Assembly: GCA_963708135.1 (NCBI GenBank)
Contig: OY970192.1
Location: 1,280,001 to 1,344,000 of the forward strand
Direction of reading: 5' to 3'
From: an uncultured Gemmatimonadales bacterium
GTDB lineage: Bacteria; Gemmatimonadota; Gemmatimonadetes; Longimicrobiales; RSA9
Length of the DNA: 64,000 nucleotides
Part shown: positions 29,081 through 38,436 of the stretch, piece after piece
Layout: each line of letters opens with the position of its first letter
Numbering within the stretch: the first letter of the stretch is position 1
Position numbers and translations under genes: made by a program
The notes under the pieces: model-generated
Seen by the model: only the letters and a program-made list of their open reading frames with translations
Databases searched by the model: none
What the model was told of the DNA's origin: nothing

Positions 29081-29935
29081 ATGTCGAATCGAGTGCTGGG
29101 GTGGCTGGCGCTGGCCACCGTGACCGCCGCGTGCGGGGGGGACGCGCTCCCCCCCGCGCCGACGGCCACCACGGACAGCGTGGCCGTGGCGAGGATCCTC
29201 GCCACGGCGCCGCTCGGCGGCAGCACCCGTCCCTCCTCCGTGGCGGCCACGCCGGCGGACAGCGCCTCGAAGGCGGCGCCGCTCTCACCCACGGCGTTCC
29301 GCCATGAGAAGCACCGCGGCCTGGTCTGCCAGCGCTGTCACCCGGCGGTCCCCGGGCACGCGCGGCACACCAACGTCGCCTGCACGTCGTGTCACCCGGC
29401 GGTGCCGGTCACCGGGCCCGCGCCGGGCCCGGCCGAGTGCGGCGGGTGCCATCACGCGGCCGTGCAGGGCCGCGCGTGCACGAGCTGCCACGATCCCACG
29501 GCGCGTGGCACGCTGGCGCTACAGCGCTCCTGGGATCTTTCGGTGTGGGGCGCCCCACGTCTTCGCGACGTGAAGTTCGACCATCGCTGGCACGAGGCGC
29601 GGCCGTGCGGCGCCTGCCACACCGACCGGCCCTCCCTCGTCTCCACGCGTGCGTGCGCCTCCTGCCACGAGCACCACGAGGGCCGCGCGGATTGCCGCAT
29701 CTGCCACGTGGCCCCGCCCGTGGGCGTGCATACCCTGGCCGCCCACCAGGGCTGTGCGGGGCAGGGCTGCCACCGGGACCCGCCGGTCCGGAAGGCGACG
29801 CTCTCCCGCGACGAATGCCTGCTTTGCCATGCCGACCGCGAGCGCCACCAGCCCGGACGCGCCTGCGCGCAATGCCACATGCCCCAGGCGGCGGCGCGCG
29901 CGCCGCCGGCGGGGCGGGAGCCCACGTCCCCATGA
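29081..29935 (+). CDS. Decaheme cytochrome c lipoprotein (9 CxxCH + 1 CxxxxCH)
   Basis: Lipobox TAAC-GG; c3/c7-like FxHxxH motifs; GGAG RBS. Homologous to the C-terminal half of 50087-51925. Confidence 0.85.
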   Translation: MSNRVLGWLALATVTAACGGDALPPAPTATTDSVAVARILATAPLGGSTRPSSVAATPADSASKAAPLSPTAFRHEKHRGLVCQRCHPAVPGHARHTNVACTSCHPAVPVTGPAPGPAECGGCHHAAVQGRACTSCHDPTARGTLALQRSWDLSVWGAPRLRDVKFDHRWHEARPCGACHTDRPSLVSTRACASCHEHHEGRADCRICHVAPPVGVHTLAAHQGCAGQGCHRDPPVRKATLSRDECLLCHADRERHQPGRACAQCHMPQAAARAPPAGREPTSP

Positions 29936-31443
29936 GCCCGGATAGTCCTCGTTCCACCCTTCGCGCTCGCTCGCCCCTCCTGGCGGCGGCGCTGCTCCTC
30001 GCCGAGCTGGGCGCCGGCGCCGGCGCGCGTCCAGTCTGCGCGCAGAGCGTGAGGATCAGCGGCACCTCTACCGTGCGCTACCTCGAGCTGCAGCCCCTCC
30101 AGATCGACAGCATCCCCGTCTCGAGCACGACCGGCGACGGTGTGCTGCGTCGAGCGGGCGATGGCCGGACGGTGGAATGTGTCGATCCCGCCCCCTACTG
30201 CTATGCCTACGGCAGCGGCTCGGAGGTCTCGACCACGCCCGGGTTGCAGGACCTGCGCGTCAGTGCCTGGGGGTTCGGCCGCGGCGTGCGCTTCTACTCG
30301 CACGTGCGTGGCCGCGCCGTCGTAGCCGGCAGCTCCTCCCTCTGGCCTCTGGCCGGCGACCCCTTCGACATGCTGGAAGGGTACCTAGAGCTGGACCGCC
30401 CACGCTTCCGTGTACGGGCCGGCCGCCAGTGGGATGTCGGGGGACTCAGCTTCGCCAACTTCGACGGCGCCTCGCTGCTGGTTCGGCCGCTCCGCCAGCT
30501 GCGCCTGGAAGGTTACGGCGGCTGGAGCCTGCAGACCGGACTGAACGAGCCGGTCACCAGCGCCGCCATCGCGGCCGTCGAGCCGTTCGCGCCGGACTCG
30601 CGCGGCCTCCTCCTCGGCCTGCGTGCCGAAGCCAGGCCGGCCGCCGCGCTCTCGCTTTCCGCAACGTACGAGAGACAGGTCCGGCAGGACCAGGCGGGCC
30701 TCTACTCGGAGCGCGTGGCCACGGACGGACTGCTTCGCGGCGCCCTGGTGTCGCTGGACTGGGTCCTCCAGGCGGATCTCGCCAATGCGGAGCTCAACGA
30801 GCTGCGTGGTCGGGTCGTGTACACGCCGGCGTCGCGTCTCACGCTGCGCGCCTTCGCGCGCCGGCACCGGCCCTACTTCGAGCTGTGGACCATCTGGGGC
30901 GCCTTTGGCGCGGTCGGCTTCACGGAGGGAGGGATCGGCGGCAGCTGGCGGAGCGCGGGAGGGGCGCTGACCCTCGACGCCCAGGGCGCCCGCCGACGCT
31001 ACCTGGAGACCGGGGCGGAGCTCGGCTTCGCGCCGCTCCACGCCGACGGCTGGACGCTCGACGCCAACGCCGCGGCGCGTCTCGCTCCGCACTGGAGCCT
31101 GGACGGCCAGTACCAGTGGGACCTCGGCTTCGGTGCCGGCAAGAGCCAGGGTCTCGCGCGGCTCCGTCGCACGCTGCCCGGCGGCGCGTCGCTGGCCGCG
31201 ACCGCTACGGCGTTCCAGATGGCCGGTGAGCTCCGTGTGAGAACCGGCACGGTGGCGGGGCTCGGCCTCGAGGGTGGGCTGCCGATCGGGGCCCGCAACC
31301 GGCTGGACGCCTCCCTCTTCGACTACCGCCACTTCGGAGCGGCACCCGAGATGGGCCCGGACTGGAGCCAGCTGCGCGCCAGCCTCTCCTTCAGCTGGAC
31401 CGTCGGAGCCGAGCCCGGCCTGCCGGCACCCGGGAGGATGTGA
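29932..31443 (+). CDS. Putative outer-membrane beta-barrel protein (copy 1)
   Basis: Signal peptide; alternating amphipathic strands (YLELD..RFRVRAGRQW, LRLEGYGG, LRASLSFSW); no heme motifs; translationally coupled to flanking cytochromes; paralogue at 51922. Confidence 0.7.
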   Translation: MSPDSPRSTLRARSPLLAAALLLAELGAGAGARPVCAQSVRISGTSTVRYLELQPLQIDSIPVSSTTGDGVLRRAGDGRTVECVDPAPYCYAYGSGSEVSTTPGLQDLRVSAWGFGRGVRFYSHVRGRAVVAGSSSLWPLAGDPFDMLEGYLELDRPRFRVRAGRQWDVGGLSFANFDGASLLVRPLRQLRLEGYGGWSLQTGLNEPVTSAAIAAVEPFAPDSRGLLLGLRAEARPAAALSLSATYERQVRQDQAGLYSERVATDGLLRGALVSLDWVLQADLANAELNELRGRVVYTPASRLTLRAFARRHRPYFELWTIWGAFGAVGFTEGGIGGSWRSAGGALTLDAQGARRRYLETGAELGFAPLHADGWTLDANAAARLAPHWSLDGQYQWDLGFGAGKSQGLARLRRTLPGGASLAATATAFQMAGELRVRTGTVAGLGLEGGLPIGARNRLDASLFDYRHFGAAPEMGPDWSQLRASLSFSWTVGAEPGLPAPGRM

Positions 31444-32909
31444 TGCGCGCGCCCGCCCTGCCGGCGACTCTGCTGCTGGCCTTCGTCCTGGTCTGTGCGC
31501 CGCCTCCGGCCGCTGGCCAGAAGCCGCGCCCAGCTGGCGGCGCGGCGCCGGCGGCCGGGCGCTTCCCGCATGCTCGCCACGAGGGCCTCTTTCCGCAGTG
31601 CACCGTATGCCACCGTGGCGTGGAAACGGGCGACGCCGACGAGCGCTACCCCGCCCCCGCCGCATGCCGAAACTGCCACGACGGCTCGACGCGGCAGCCC
31701 GTCAACTGGACCGGGCCCACGGTGCGGGTCTCGAACCTGAGCTTCTCGCACCCCCGGCACGACGCGGCCGTGAGCTCGGCGGGGGAGAGCACCGCGTGCC
31801 TCGACTGCCACCGCACGCCGGGCGAGAGCGGCCGCATGGCGGTCAGTCCGCCGCAGCCGCAGTACTGCACCGGCTGCCATGCACACCACGCCTCCGCGCA
31901 CATGGCTCCGGAGGCGCGGTGCACCACCTGCCACCTCCCGCTCGCAAGCACGAGGCTCTCCGAAGCCGCCGTCGCCGCGCTCCCCAAGCCGCCCGACCAC
32001 GAGGCCGCGGACTGGGTGCTCCAGCATGCCCCCGCCAGCCCGGCCGTGGCCGCGGCGCGCTGTGCCATCTGCCACGCCCGTGAGAGCTGCGAGCGCTGCC
32101 ACATGAACGCCGCCTCGATCCCGGCCATCCAGGCGCTCGCGCGCGACCGACGTGTGGCCGCGCTGCTCCGCGACCGCGCGCCCAGCTATCCCCGACCTCC
32201 GAGCCACGGGAGCGGCAGCTGGGACTGGAAGCACGGCGCGGCGGCGGCCGGCGGGGCGGCTGGGCGCGAAGCCTCCGCATCGACCGCCGCCGGCTGCAGC
32301 GACTGCCATGCCCGGGCGAGCTGCCGTGCGTGTCACCGGGACGGCAGCACGCCCGCGATCGAGGCGCTCCCGGAGCCCGGCGGCCGCCGGCCGGCCGGTG
32401 TCAGCGTCGCGCCCCGACCGGTCCATGCCGCCGGCTTTCTGAAGGACCATCCGACGCAGGCGGCCGCGGGTGTCGCGTGCGCCGCCTGCCACACCCGGAG
32501 TTTCTGCGTGGACTGCCACCAGGGACAGAAGGCCGGCTACCACGCCCCGAACTTCGTCGAGCAGCACGGCCCCGAGGCGTACGCGAACGACACGCAATGC
32601 TCGGAGTGCCACAGCAACGAGGCCTTCTGTCGTACCTGCCACCTGCGCACGGGGCAGGGGGCCCGCACCCGCAACGGCGCGGCCTTCCACGGCGAGCAAC
32701 CGCTGTGGCTGCTGAGCCATGGCCAGGCGGCGCGGCAGGGACTCGAAGCCTGCACCGCCTGCCACACCCAGACCAGCTGCGCGGAGTGCCACTCCGCAGC
32801 CGGTGGCTGGGGCGTCAACCCGCACCCGGCGAATTTCGACGCCAGACGCGCCCGCGAACGAAACCCCTCGAGCTGTCTGCACTGCCACGCGGAGCTGCCC
32901 AATGACTAG
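31443..32909 (+). CDS. 16-heme c-type cytochrome (copy 1)
   Basis: Signal peptide; 16 CxxCH including five closely paired doublets such as CAICHARESCERCH. Confidence 0.88.
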   Translation: MRAPALPATLLLAFVLVCAPPPAAGQKPRPAGGAAPAAGRFPHARHEGLFPQCTVCHRGVETGDADERYPAPAACRNCHDGSTRQPVNWTGPTVRVSNLSFSHPRHDAAVSSAGESTACLDCHRTPGESGRMAVSPPQPQYCTGCHAHHASAHMAPEARCTTCHLPLASTRLSEAAVAALPKPPDHEAADWVLQHAPASPAVAAARCAICHARESCERCHMNAASIPAIQALARDRRVAALLRDRAPSYPRPPSHGSGSWDWKHGAAAAGGAAGREASASTAAGCSDCHARASCRACHRDGSTPAIEALPEPGGRRPAGVSVAPRPVHAAGFLKDHPTQAAAGVACAACHTRSFCVDCHQGQKAGYHAPNFVEQHGPEAYANDTQCSECHSNEAFCRTCHLRTGQGARTRNGAAFHGEQPLWLLSHGQAARQGLEACTACHTQTSCAECHSAAGGWGVNPHPANFDARRARERNPSSCLHCHAELPND

Positions 32910-34266
32910 ACGCGTGGAGAACGCGGAGCGCCGCTCCTCGCGCAGCTCCTGGCACGGATCCCTGCGGCGCGGGGCGCTCGCGGCGTGGATGCTCCTCCTC
33001 CTGCTCGTGCCCGTGCTGGCGCGCGCCCAGGAGAAGCCCACCGCCGACAGGTGCATCGCGTGCCATCGGAAGCTCCCGGAGGAACGCCTTTCCGCGCCCG
33101 CCCGGACGTTCTCCGACGACATCCACTCCCAGAAGGGTCTCGGTTGTCTGGCCTGTCACGGCCTCGTGGCGCAGCACGGCGGCGATCCGCGAAACATCGT
33201 GCCCGGAACGGGCTTCCTCACCAGGCCCGCGCGGCGCGACATTCCGGCCCTTTGCGGCCGTTGCCACTCCGATGCGGCGTTCATGAAGCGCTACGACCCG
33301 ATGCTCCGTGTCGACCAGGTCGCGGAGTACCGGAGCTCCGTGCACGGCAGACGGCTCTTCGAGGACGGCGACACGGCCGTGGCGACCTGTATCGACTGCC
33401 ATCCCGCGCACCGCATCCTGGCGCCCTCGGAGCCCGCCTCGTCGGTGTATCCTACGCATGTGGCCGACACCTGCGGCCGCTGCCACTCCGATCCCGCACG
33501 CATGGCCGCCTACGGCCTGCCGACCGACCAGGCGAAGAAGTGGCGCGCCAGCGTGCACGGAGAGCAGATGCTGAAGAAGGGCGACACCTCCGCGCCCACC
33601 TGCAACGACTGCCACGGCAATCACGGCGCCGTGCCGCCCGGCGTCTCGGACGTCCCGCACGTGTGCGGCCAGTGTCATTCGACCATCGCCGAGCTGTTCG
33701 CCGGAAATGGACACGACAGCATCTTCGTCGCCGGCAAGCTGCCGGGTTGCGTCACCTGCCATAGCAACCACGAGATCGAGCAGCCGAGCGATTCCCTGCT
33801 CGTCGTGCGGGCGCGCACCGTGTGCGGCCGCTGCCACCGGTCGGGCGACCCGGCAGGGCGACAGTTCCTCGTGATGCGGTTGCTGGTGGACACGCTGGGC
33901 GCCGCGCGCGCCCGGGCGCAGGCCGTGCTCACCCGGGCGGACAACCTCGGCATGGACGTCAGCCAGGCGCAGTTCGAGCTGAGTGACGTGACCAACGCAC
34001 TGACAAAGGCCCGCAACGCGATCCACTCCTTCCGGGCCGACTCGGTGGCCGCCCAGGTCTCCGCGGGCCTGAAGACCGCCGACCACGCCGCCCGCCAGGG
34101 CCGAGCGGCGCTCGCGGAGCACCGCTTCCGCCGTGTCGGGCTCGGGCTCTCCGTGCCCGTCATCCTCGGCCTCGCCGGCGGACTCTGGCTCCGCCTGCGG
34201 ACCCTCGAGGGCGAATCCGAAGACGATGAGGACGACGGCCACCACCCACGTGGCCAGGAGCGCTGA
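32902..34266 (+). CDS. Nonaheme cytochrome c with C-terminal membrane anchor
   Basis: 9 CxxCH; SVHG repeats; helical stalk and a C-terminal TM (GLGLSVPVILGLAGGLWL); directly upstream of the Rieske gene. Confidence 0.85.
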   Translation: MTRRVENAERRSSRSSWHGSLRRGALAAWMLLLLLVPVLARAQEKPTADRCIACHRKLPEERLSAPARTFSDDIHSQKGLGCLACHGLVAQHGGDPRNIVPGTGFLTRPARRDIPALCGRCHSDAAFMKRYDPMLRVDQVAEYRSSVHGRRLFEDGDTAVATCIDCHPAHRILAPSEPASSVYPTHVADTCGRCHSDPARMAAYGLPTDQAKKWRASVHGEQMLKKGDTSAPTCNDCHGNHGAVPPGVSDVPHVCGQCHSTIAELFAGNGHDSIFVAGKLPGCVTCHSNHEIEQPSDSLLVVRARTVCGRCHRSGDPAGRQFLVMRLLVDTLGAARARAQAVLTRADNLGMDVSQAQFELSDVTNALTKARNAIHSFRADSVAAQVSAGLKTADHAARQGRAALAEHRFRRVGLGLSVPVILGLAGGLWLRLRTLEGESEDDEDDGHHPRGQER

Positions 34267-34268
34267 TC

Positions 34269-34742
34269 ATGTGCGACTGTCAGAACGCCCCCCCCGCACC
34301 GCCGCCGCCGCTGCTCTCCCGCAAGCGGTTCATCGACTGGCTGCTGGGCACGACCTTCGGTGGCCTCGTCGTCGCCGTCGCCTATCCGGTGCTGCGCTAC
34401 ATCGTGCCCCCGGAGGCGGGCGAGGCCTCCCTCAACTCGGTGACGCTCCCGGTCAAGGCCTCGCAGGTGGCCGCCAACTCCGGCCAGATCTTCAAGTTCG
34501 GCAACAAGCCGGGCATCCTCATCCGCACCCCGTCGGGCGAGCTGCGCGCGTTCACCGCGGTCTGCACGCATCTCGGCTGCATCGTGCAGTACGACAGCGC
34601 CCATTCCGACATCTGGTGCGCCTGCCACAATGGCCACTATGACACCACCGGGCGGAACGTCTCGGGCCCGCCGCCCAAGCCGCTCTCGCCCTACGCCGTC
34701 AACGTGCGCGGCGACGAGATCGTCGTCAGCAGGGAGGCCTAG
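34269..34742 (+). CDS. Rieske [2Fe-2S] subunit of a bc/b6f-type complex
   Basis: CTHLGC and CACHNG boxes, GPPPKPL, Tat-like SRKRF followed by a TM helix. Confidence 0.92.
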   Translation: MCDCQNAPPAPPPPLLSRKRFIDWLLGTTFGGLVVAVAYPVLRYIVPPEAGEASLNSVTLPVKASQVAANSGQIFKFGNKPGILIRTPSGELRAFTAVCTHLGCIVQYDSAHSDIWCACHNGHYDTTGRNVSGPPPKPLSPYAVNVRGDEIVVSREA

Positions 34743-34743
34743 C

Positions 34744-35826
34744 ATGGAGGATCCACGCCGCGGCCTCGCCGCCCGCCTCCAGGCCTGGCTGGACGACCGC
34801 ATCGGCTTCAGCGCCCTCCTGCCGCTGATCCGCAAGAAGCGGGTCCCGGTGCACCGCCATTCGATCTGGTACTTCCTCGGCGGCATGGTGCTCTTCCTGT
34901 TCATCCTCCAGGTGTGCACCGGCATCCTCATGCTGTTCTACTACCGCCCGAGCGCCGAGCAGGCCTACGACTCCGTGCAGTTCCTGATGACCCAGGCGAG
35001 ATTCGGCTGGCTCATCCGCTCCATCCACGCCTGGGGCGCCAATCTCATGATCTTCGTGCTGTTCCTCCACATGTTCAGCGTCTGGTTCCTGAGAGCCTAT
35101 CGCGCCCCCCGGGAGCTGACGTGGATGAGCGGCCTCGGTCTCCTCGGTGTCGTCCTCGGTCTGAGCTTCACCGGCTATCTCCTGCCCTGGAACACCCTGT
35201 CCTACTTCGCCACCCGTATCGGAACCTCCATGCCCGGCGTACTCCCCGGCATCGGGCCCTTCATCCAGCGCATGATGCGCGGCGGCGACGACGTGAGCGG
35301 CGCGACCCTGACCCGCTTCTACGCGCTCCACACCTCCGTCCTTCCCGGCCTCACCTTCCTCCTGCTGGGACTCCATGTCCTGCTCGTCCAGCGCCACGGG
35401 ATGAGCGTGCCCCGGAGCGTCGAACGGAAGGGACCGCCCCGCTCCGTCCCCTTCGTCCCCGACTTCCTGCTCCACGACCTCATCGGCTGGCTCCTCGCCC
35501 TCGCCGCCATCGCCGCCCTCGCCGTCTTCTTCCCCGCCGAGCTCGGCACCAAGGCCGATCCCTTCAGCCCCGCCCCCGCCGGGATCAAGCCCGAATGGTA
35601 CTTCCTCGCGCCCTACCAGACGCTCAAGTACCTCCCCGCCACCATCCTCGGCATCGCTGGCGACGCGCTCGGCGTTATCGTCTTCGGCCTCGCTGCCGGC
35701 CTGCTCGTCTTCCTCCCGTTCCTGGACCGCCCGCGCAGCGGCGAATACACCCCCTTCTGGCGCGTCGTGGCCTTCCTCACCCTCGCCTACCTCATCGTCT
35801 TCACCTACCTCGGACTGAGCTCCTGA
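34744..35826 (+). CDS. Cytochrome b of a Rieske/cytochrome b complex
   Basis: IRSIHAWGA...LHMF, FTGYLLPW, RFYALH...LHV, IKPEWYF. Confidence 0.92.
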   Translation: MEDPRRGLAARLQAWLDDRIGFSALLPLIRKKRVPVHRHSIWYFLGGMVLFLFILQVCTGILMLFYYRPSAEQAYDSVQFLMTQARFGWLIRSIHAWGANLMIFVLFLHMFSVWFLRAYRAPRELTWMSGLGLLGVVLGLSFTGYLLPWNTLSYFATRIGTSMPGVLPGIGPFIQRMMRGGDDVSGATLTRFYALHTSVLPGLTFLLLGLHVLLVQRHGMSVPRSVERKGPPRSVPFVPDFLLHDLIGWLLALAAIAALAVFFPAELGTKADPFSPAPAGIKPEWYFLAPYQTLKYLPATILGIAGDALGVIVFGLAAGLLVFLPFLDRPRSGEYTPFWRVVAFLTLAYLIVFTYLGLSS

Positions 35827-36200
35827 GCCGCCGCTGAGCCCGCCGGCGCCACATTCCTGCCGCCGCCTCCTCGCGCCCATGCGGCGCGGTCGATCCAACC
35901 CCGCGACGGGGGCGCCTCGCCCCATCCGCCCCCTCACCAGGGGTCCTTCCGCGGCCGAGGACGATGGCTTGCCCTTTGCCCCTCTCCCTTCCCGAGATCC
36001 GTGGTTGGATCCCTTTCGAAAAGGCCGAAACACCGCGATGTCACGCGAAAAATTGTGCGGCGTGAGGCCCGCTCGAAGGCGCAGCCAGATCGGTTTGCGG
36101 GACAGTGCGCCCGAATACGCTGCGAGCGGCTGGGACAAATTGCCCGACGGAGGACGAGATGTCGATCGATCCACGAACCGAACGCGGGGAGGGCCCGGGA

Positions 36201-36311
36201 ATGAACCGTGGTGAAACGAGGCGACAGCCAATGGTGGCGTATGTCGCGATGGCGCTTTTTGCACTCGTAATGGCGGCGTTGCTGACGCCTGGCCTGACTT
36301 TGGGATTCTGA
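36201..36311 (+). CDS. Micropeptide, 36 aa (copy 2)
   Basis: MNRGETRRQPMVAYVAMALFALVMAALLTPGLTLGF; ends 10 nt before the second nonaheme paralogue. Confidence 0.7.
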   Translation: MNRGETRRQPMVAYVAMALFALVMAALLTPGLTLGF

Positions 36312-36321
36312 GGATACCGAC

Positions 36322-37800
36322 ATGATACCAGACTTCAAGCGACATATCGGCGTCTGCGTGGCCGCCGTCCTTGTGGCGTTGGCGGTGACGGGGTGCGTGG
36401 ACGAGAAGAAGGTGTTCGTGGAGCGTCCGCTGTTCGAGCAGCCGTCGGCGTCCGCCGCCGGCTTCATCGGCTACACGGACACGACGACGCAGAAGACGGT
36501 GTGTGGCAACTGCCACGTGGATCATCAGGCGGAATGGACGCAGACGAAGCACGCGTCGGCCTGGGTCGATCTGCAGGCGAGCGGCCATGCCTCGGCCACG
36601 TGCGAGCCGTGCCACACCGTGAACTCGCAGGGCAACGCGGTCACGGATCCGAACGTCGGGTTCGTGGCCACGAAGGACCCGCGCTACCACGACGTGCAGT
36701 GCGAGGCGTGCCATGGGCCTGGCCTGGATCACGTCACGACGCCGGACGGCAACACCGCGCCGCTGGCCTCGATCGCGGCGGACAGCGGGATGACGAACGG
36801 CTGCGCCGAGTGCCACACCGGCACGCACCATCCGTTCGTGGAGGAGTGGCAGAAGTCGAAGCATGCGACGCTCGAGCCGCACGTGCGCGACGGCATCATC
36901 GCGGGCACGGACCGCTCCGAGTGCCTCAAGTGCCACTCGGCCCAGGGCGCGCTCAAGCAGTGGGGCGTGACGAGCAACTACCTGGAGAAGAACGCCGCGC
37001 CGCAGGACTATCTTGGCATCACGTGCGCGGTGTGCCACGATCCGCACAGCGACAAGAACGTCGGCCAGCTGCGTTTCTCGATCGGCGCGCAGGACACGGC
37101 CACGAACCTTTGCATGAAGTGCCACCAGCGCGAGGGTGAGGCGAGCCCGACCAACTCCCGTGGTCCGCACTCGCCCGAGGGCCCACTGCTGCTCGGCGAG
37201 GCCGGCTGGTTCCCGCCCAACCTGATCGCCCAGGGGATCGTCCCGGGCAGCATCAAGGGCACCCACGGCTCGGAGGCCAATCCGGGGCTGTGCGCCACCT
37301 GCCACGTGAGCAGCTTCACGGTCACCGATCCCACGATCGGCGGCACGTTCACGGCCACGGGGCACCTGTTCTCGGCCACGCCGTGCATCGATCCGACGAC
37401 GAACCGGCCGACCACGGATGAGAGCTGTGACATCACGCAGCGCAGCTTCAAGGCCTGCACGGCCAGCGGCTGCCACGGCTCGGAGGCGGTCGCCCGTTCC
37501 GCGGAGCAGACGGCGCGCATCCGCATCCAGAACCTCGTCGATGAGGCCTACCGCCTCGTCGCGCTGGCTCCGGCGTCGGAGTTCAGCACGACGGATGGCA
37601 AGGTCACGACGGCGGAGGGCACCAAGTTCAACGCGCAGCTGGGTGATGAGGCGAACAAGCCCGGCAGCGTCGTTCACAACCCGTTCCTGGTCGAGACGCT
37701 GCTCACGGCCAGCATCAAGCAGATGCAGACGGACTACGGCCTCACGGCCGCGCCCGGCATCTCGCTGCAGAACGTTCTCAAGCAGCCCGGGATGAAGTAG
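36322..37800 (+). CDS. Multiheme c-type cytochrome lipoprotein (8 CxxCH + 1 CxxxxCH), copy 2
   Basis: Lipobox VTGC-VDEKKV; collinear with 27603-29045 (RYHDVQCExCHGPG, HNPFL, LLTASIKQ shared). Confidence 0.9.
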   Translation: MIPDFKRHIGVCVAAVLVALAVTGCVDEKKVFVERPLFEQPSASAAGFIGYTDTTTQKTVCGNCHVDHQAEWTQTKHASAWVDLQASGHASATCEPCHTVNSQGNAVTDPNVGFVATKDPRYHDVQCEACHGPGLDHVTTPDGNTAPLASIAADSGMTNGCAECHTGTHHPFVEEWQKSKHATLEPHVRDGIIAGTDRSECLKCHSAQGALKQWGVTSNYLEKNAAPQDYLGITCAVCHDPHSDKNVGQLRFSIGAQDTATNLCMKCHQREGEASPTNSRGPHSPEGPLLLGEAGWFPPNLIAQGIVPGSIKGTHGSEANPGLCATCHVSSFTVTDPTIGGTFTATGHLFSATPCIDPTTNRPTTDESCDITQRSFKACTASGCHGSEAVARSAEQTARIRIQNLVDEAYRLVALAPASEFSTTDGKVTTAEGTKFNAQLGDEANKPGSVVHNPFLVETLLTASIKQMQTDYGLTAAPGISLQNVLKQPGMK

Positions 37801-38021
37801 CCGGCAAGGCCGGCGATCGGGCGGCGTCGTTCGTGCCGCCCGAGCCGCCGGCCCGAAGATCGATCGACATGGAACGGCCGGGCCGGCGCAGGATCGCCGG
37901 TCCGGCCGTTCCATGTGCGGGGCAGCGCCTCTTGCTCCGGCAGCACGCTCGTTCCCGACCCGAGGAGGATCCGTGATCCGGCCCCGAGCGCGCGGAGATC
38001 AACCGCGGCACCGGCGGGCTC

Positions 38022-38071
<50 letters not shown>

Positions 38072-38436
38072 CCACTGCGGGGGCACTGCGGGTGGGGCGG
38101 GGTGGCGGGTGCGTCGGCAGGGCGGGCGGCCGGGCGCCGGGCGCCGGGCGGACGGGGCTCCCGCCGGGCGGATGGCGCGGTCTGCGGCCGGCGCCGGATC
38201 GGGAACGGTGGGGCCGCGCTCGCAAGCGTTCCCCACCCGCCGTTCTCACCACCGGTTGTAAACTGGACAGGAGCGACGGTTTGAAAATGGACACTCCCGT
38301 CGAGGAGGTGAAGTCGAGGGCCGAAGCGCCGCAGGCGCGGGAGGCCACGTTGACAGGGAGATGAACGAAGCCCTCGCAGTGCGTAGAATCGGGGCGTCAG
38401 CTTAAAGACGTTCCCGAGCACCGGAGGGCTCCGCCA

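Noticed and set aside
29932..31443. Naming the modules mtrAB or pioAB
   Set aside because: Barrel size and partner heme patterns differ from MtrA/MtrB, and homology cannot be shown without a search.
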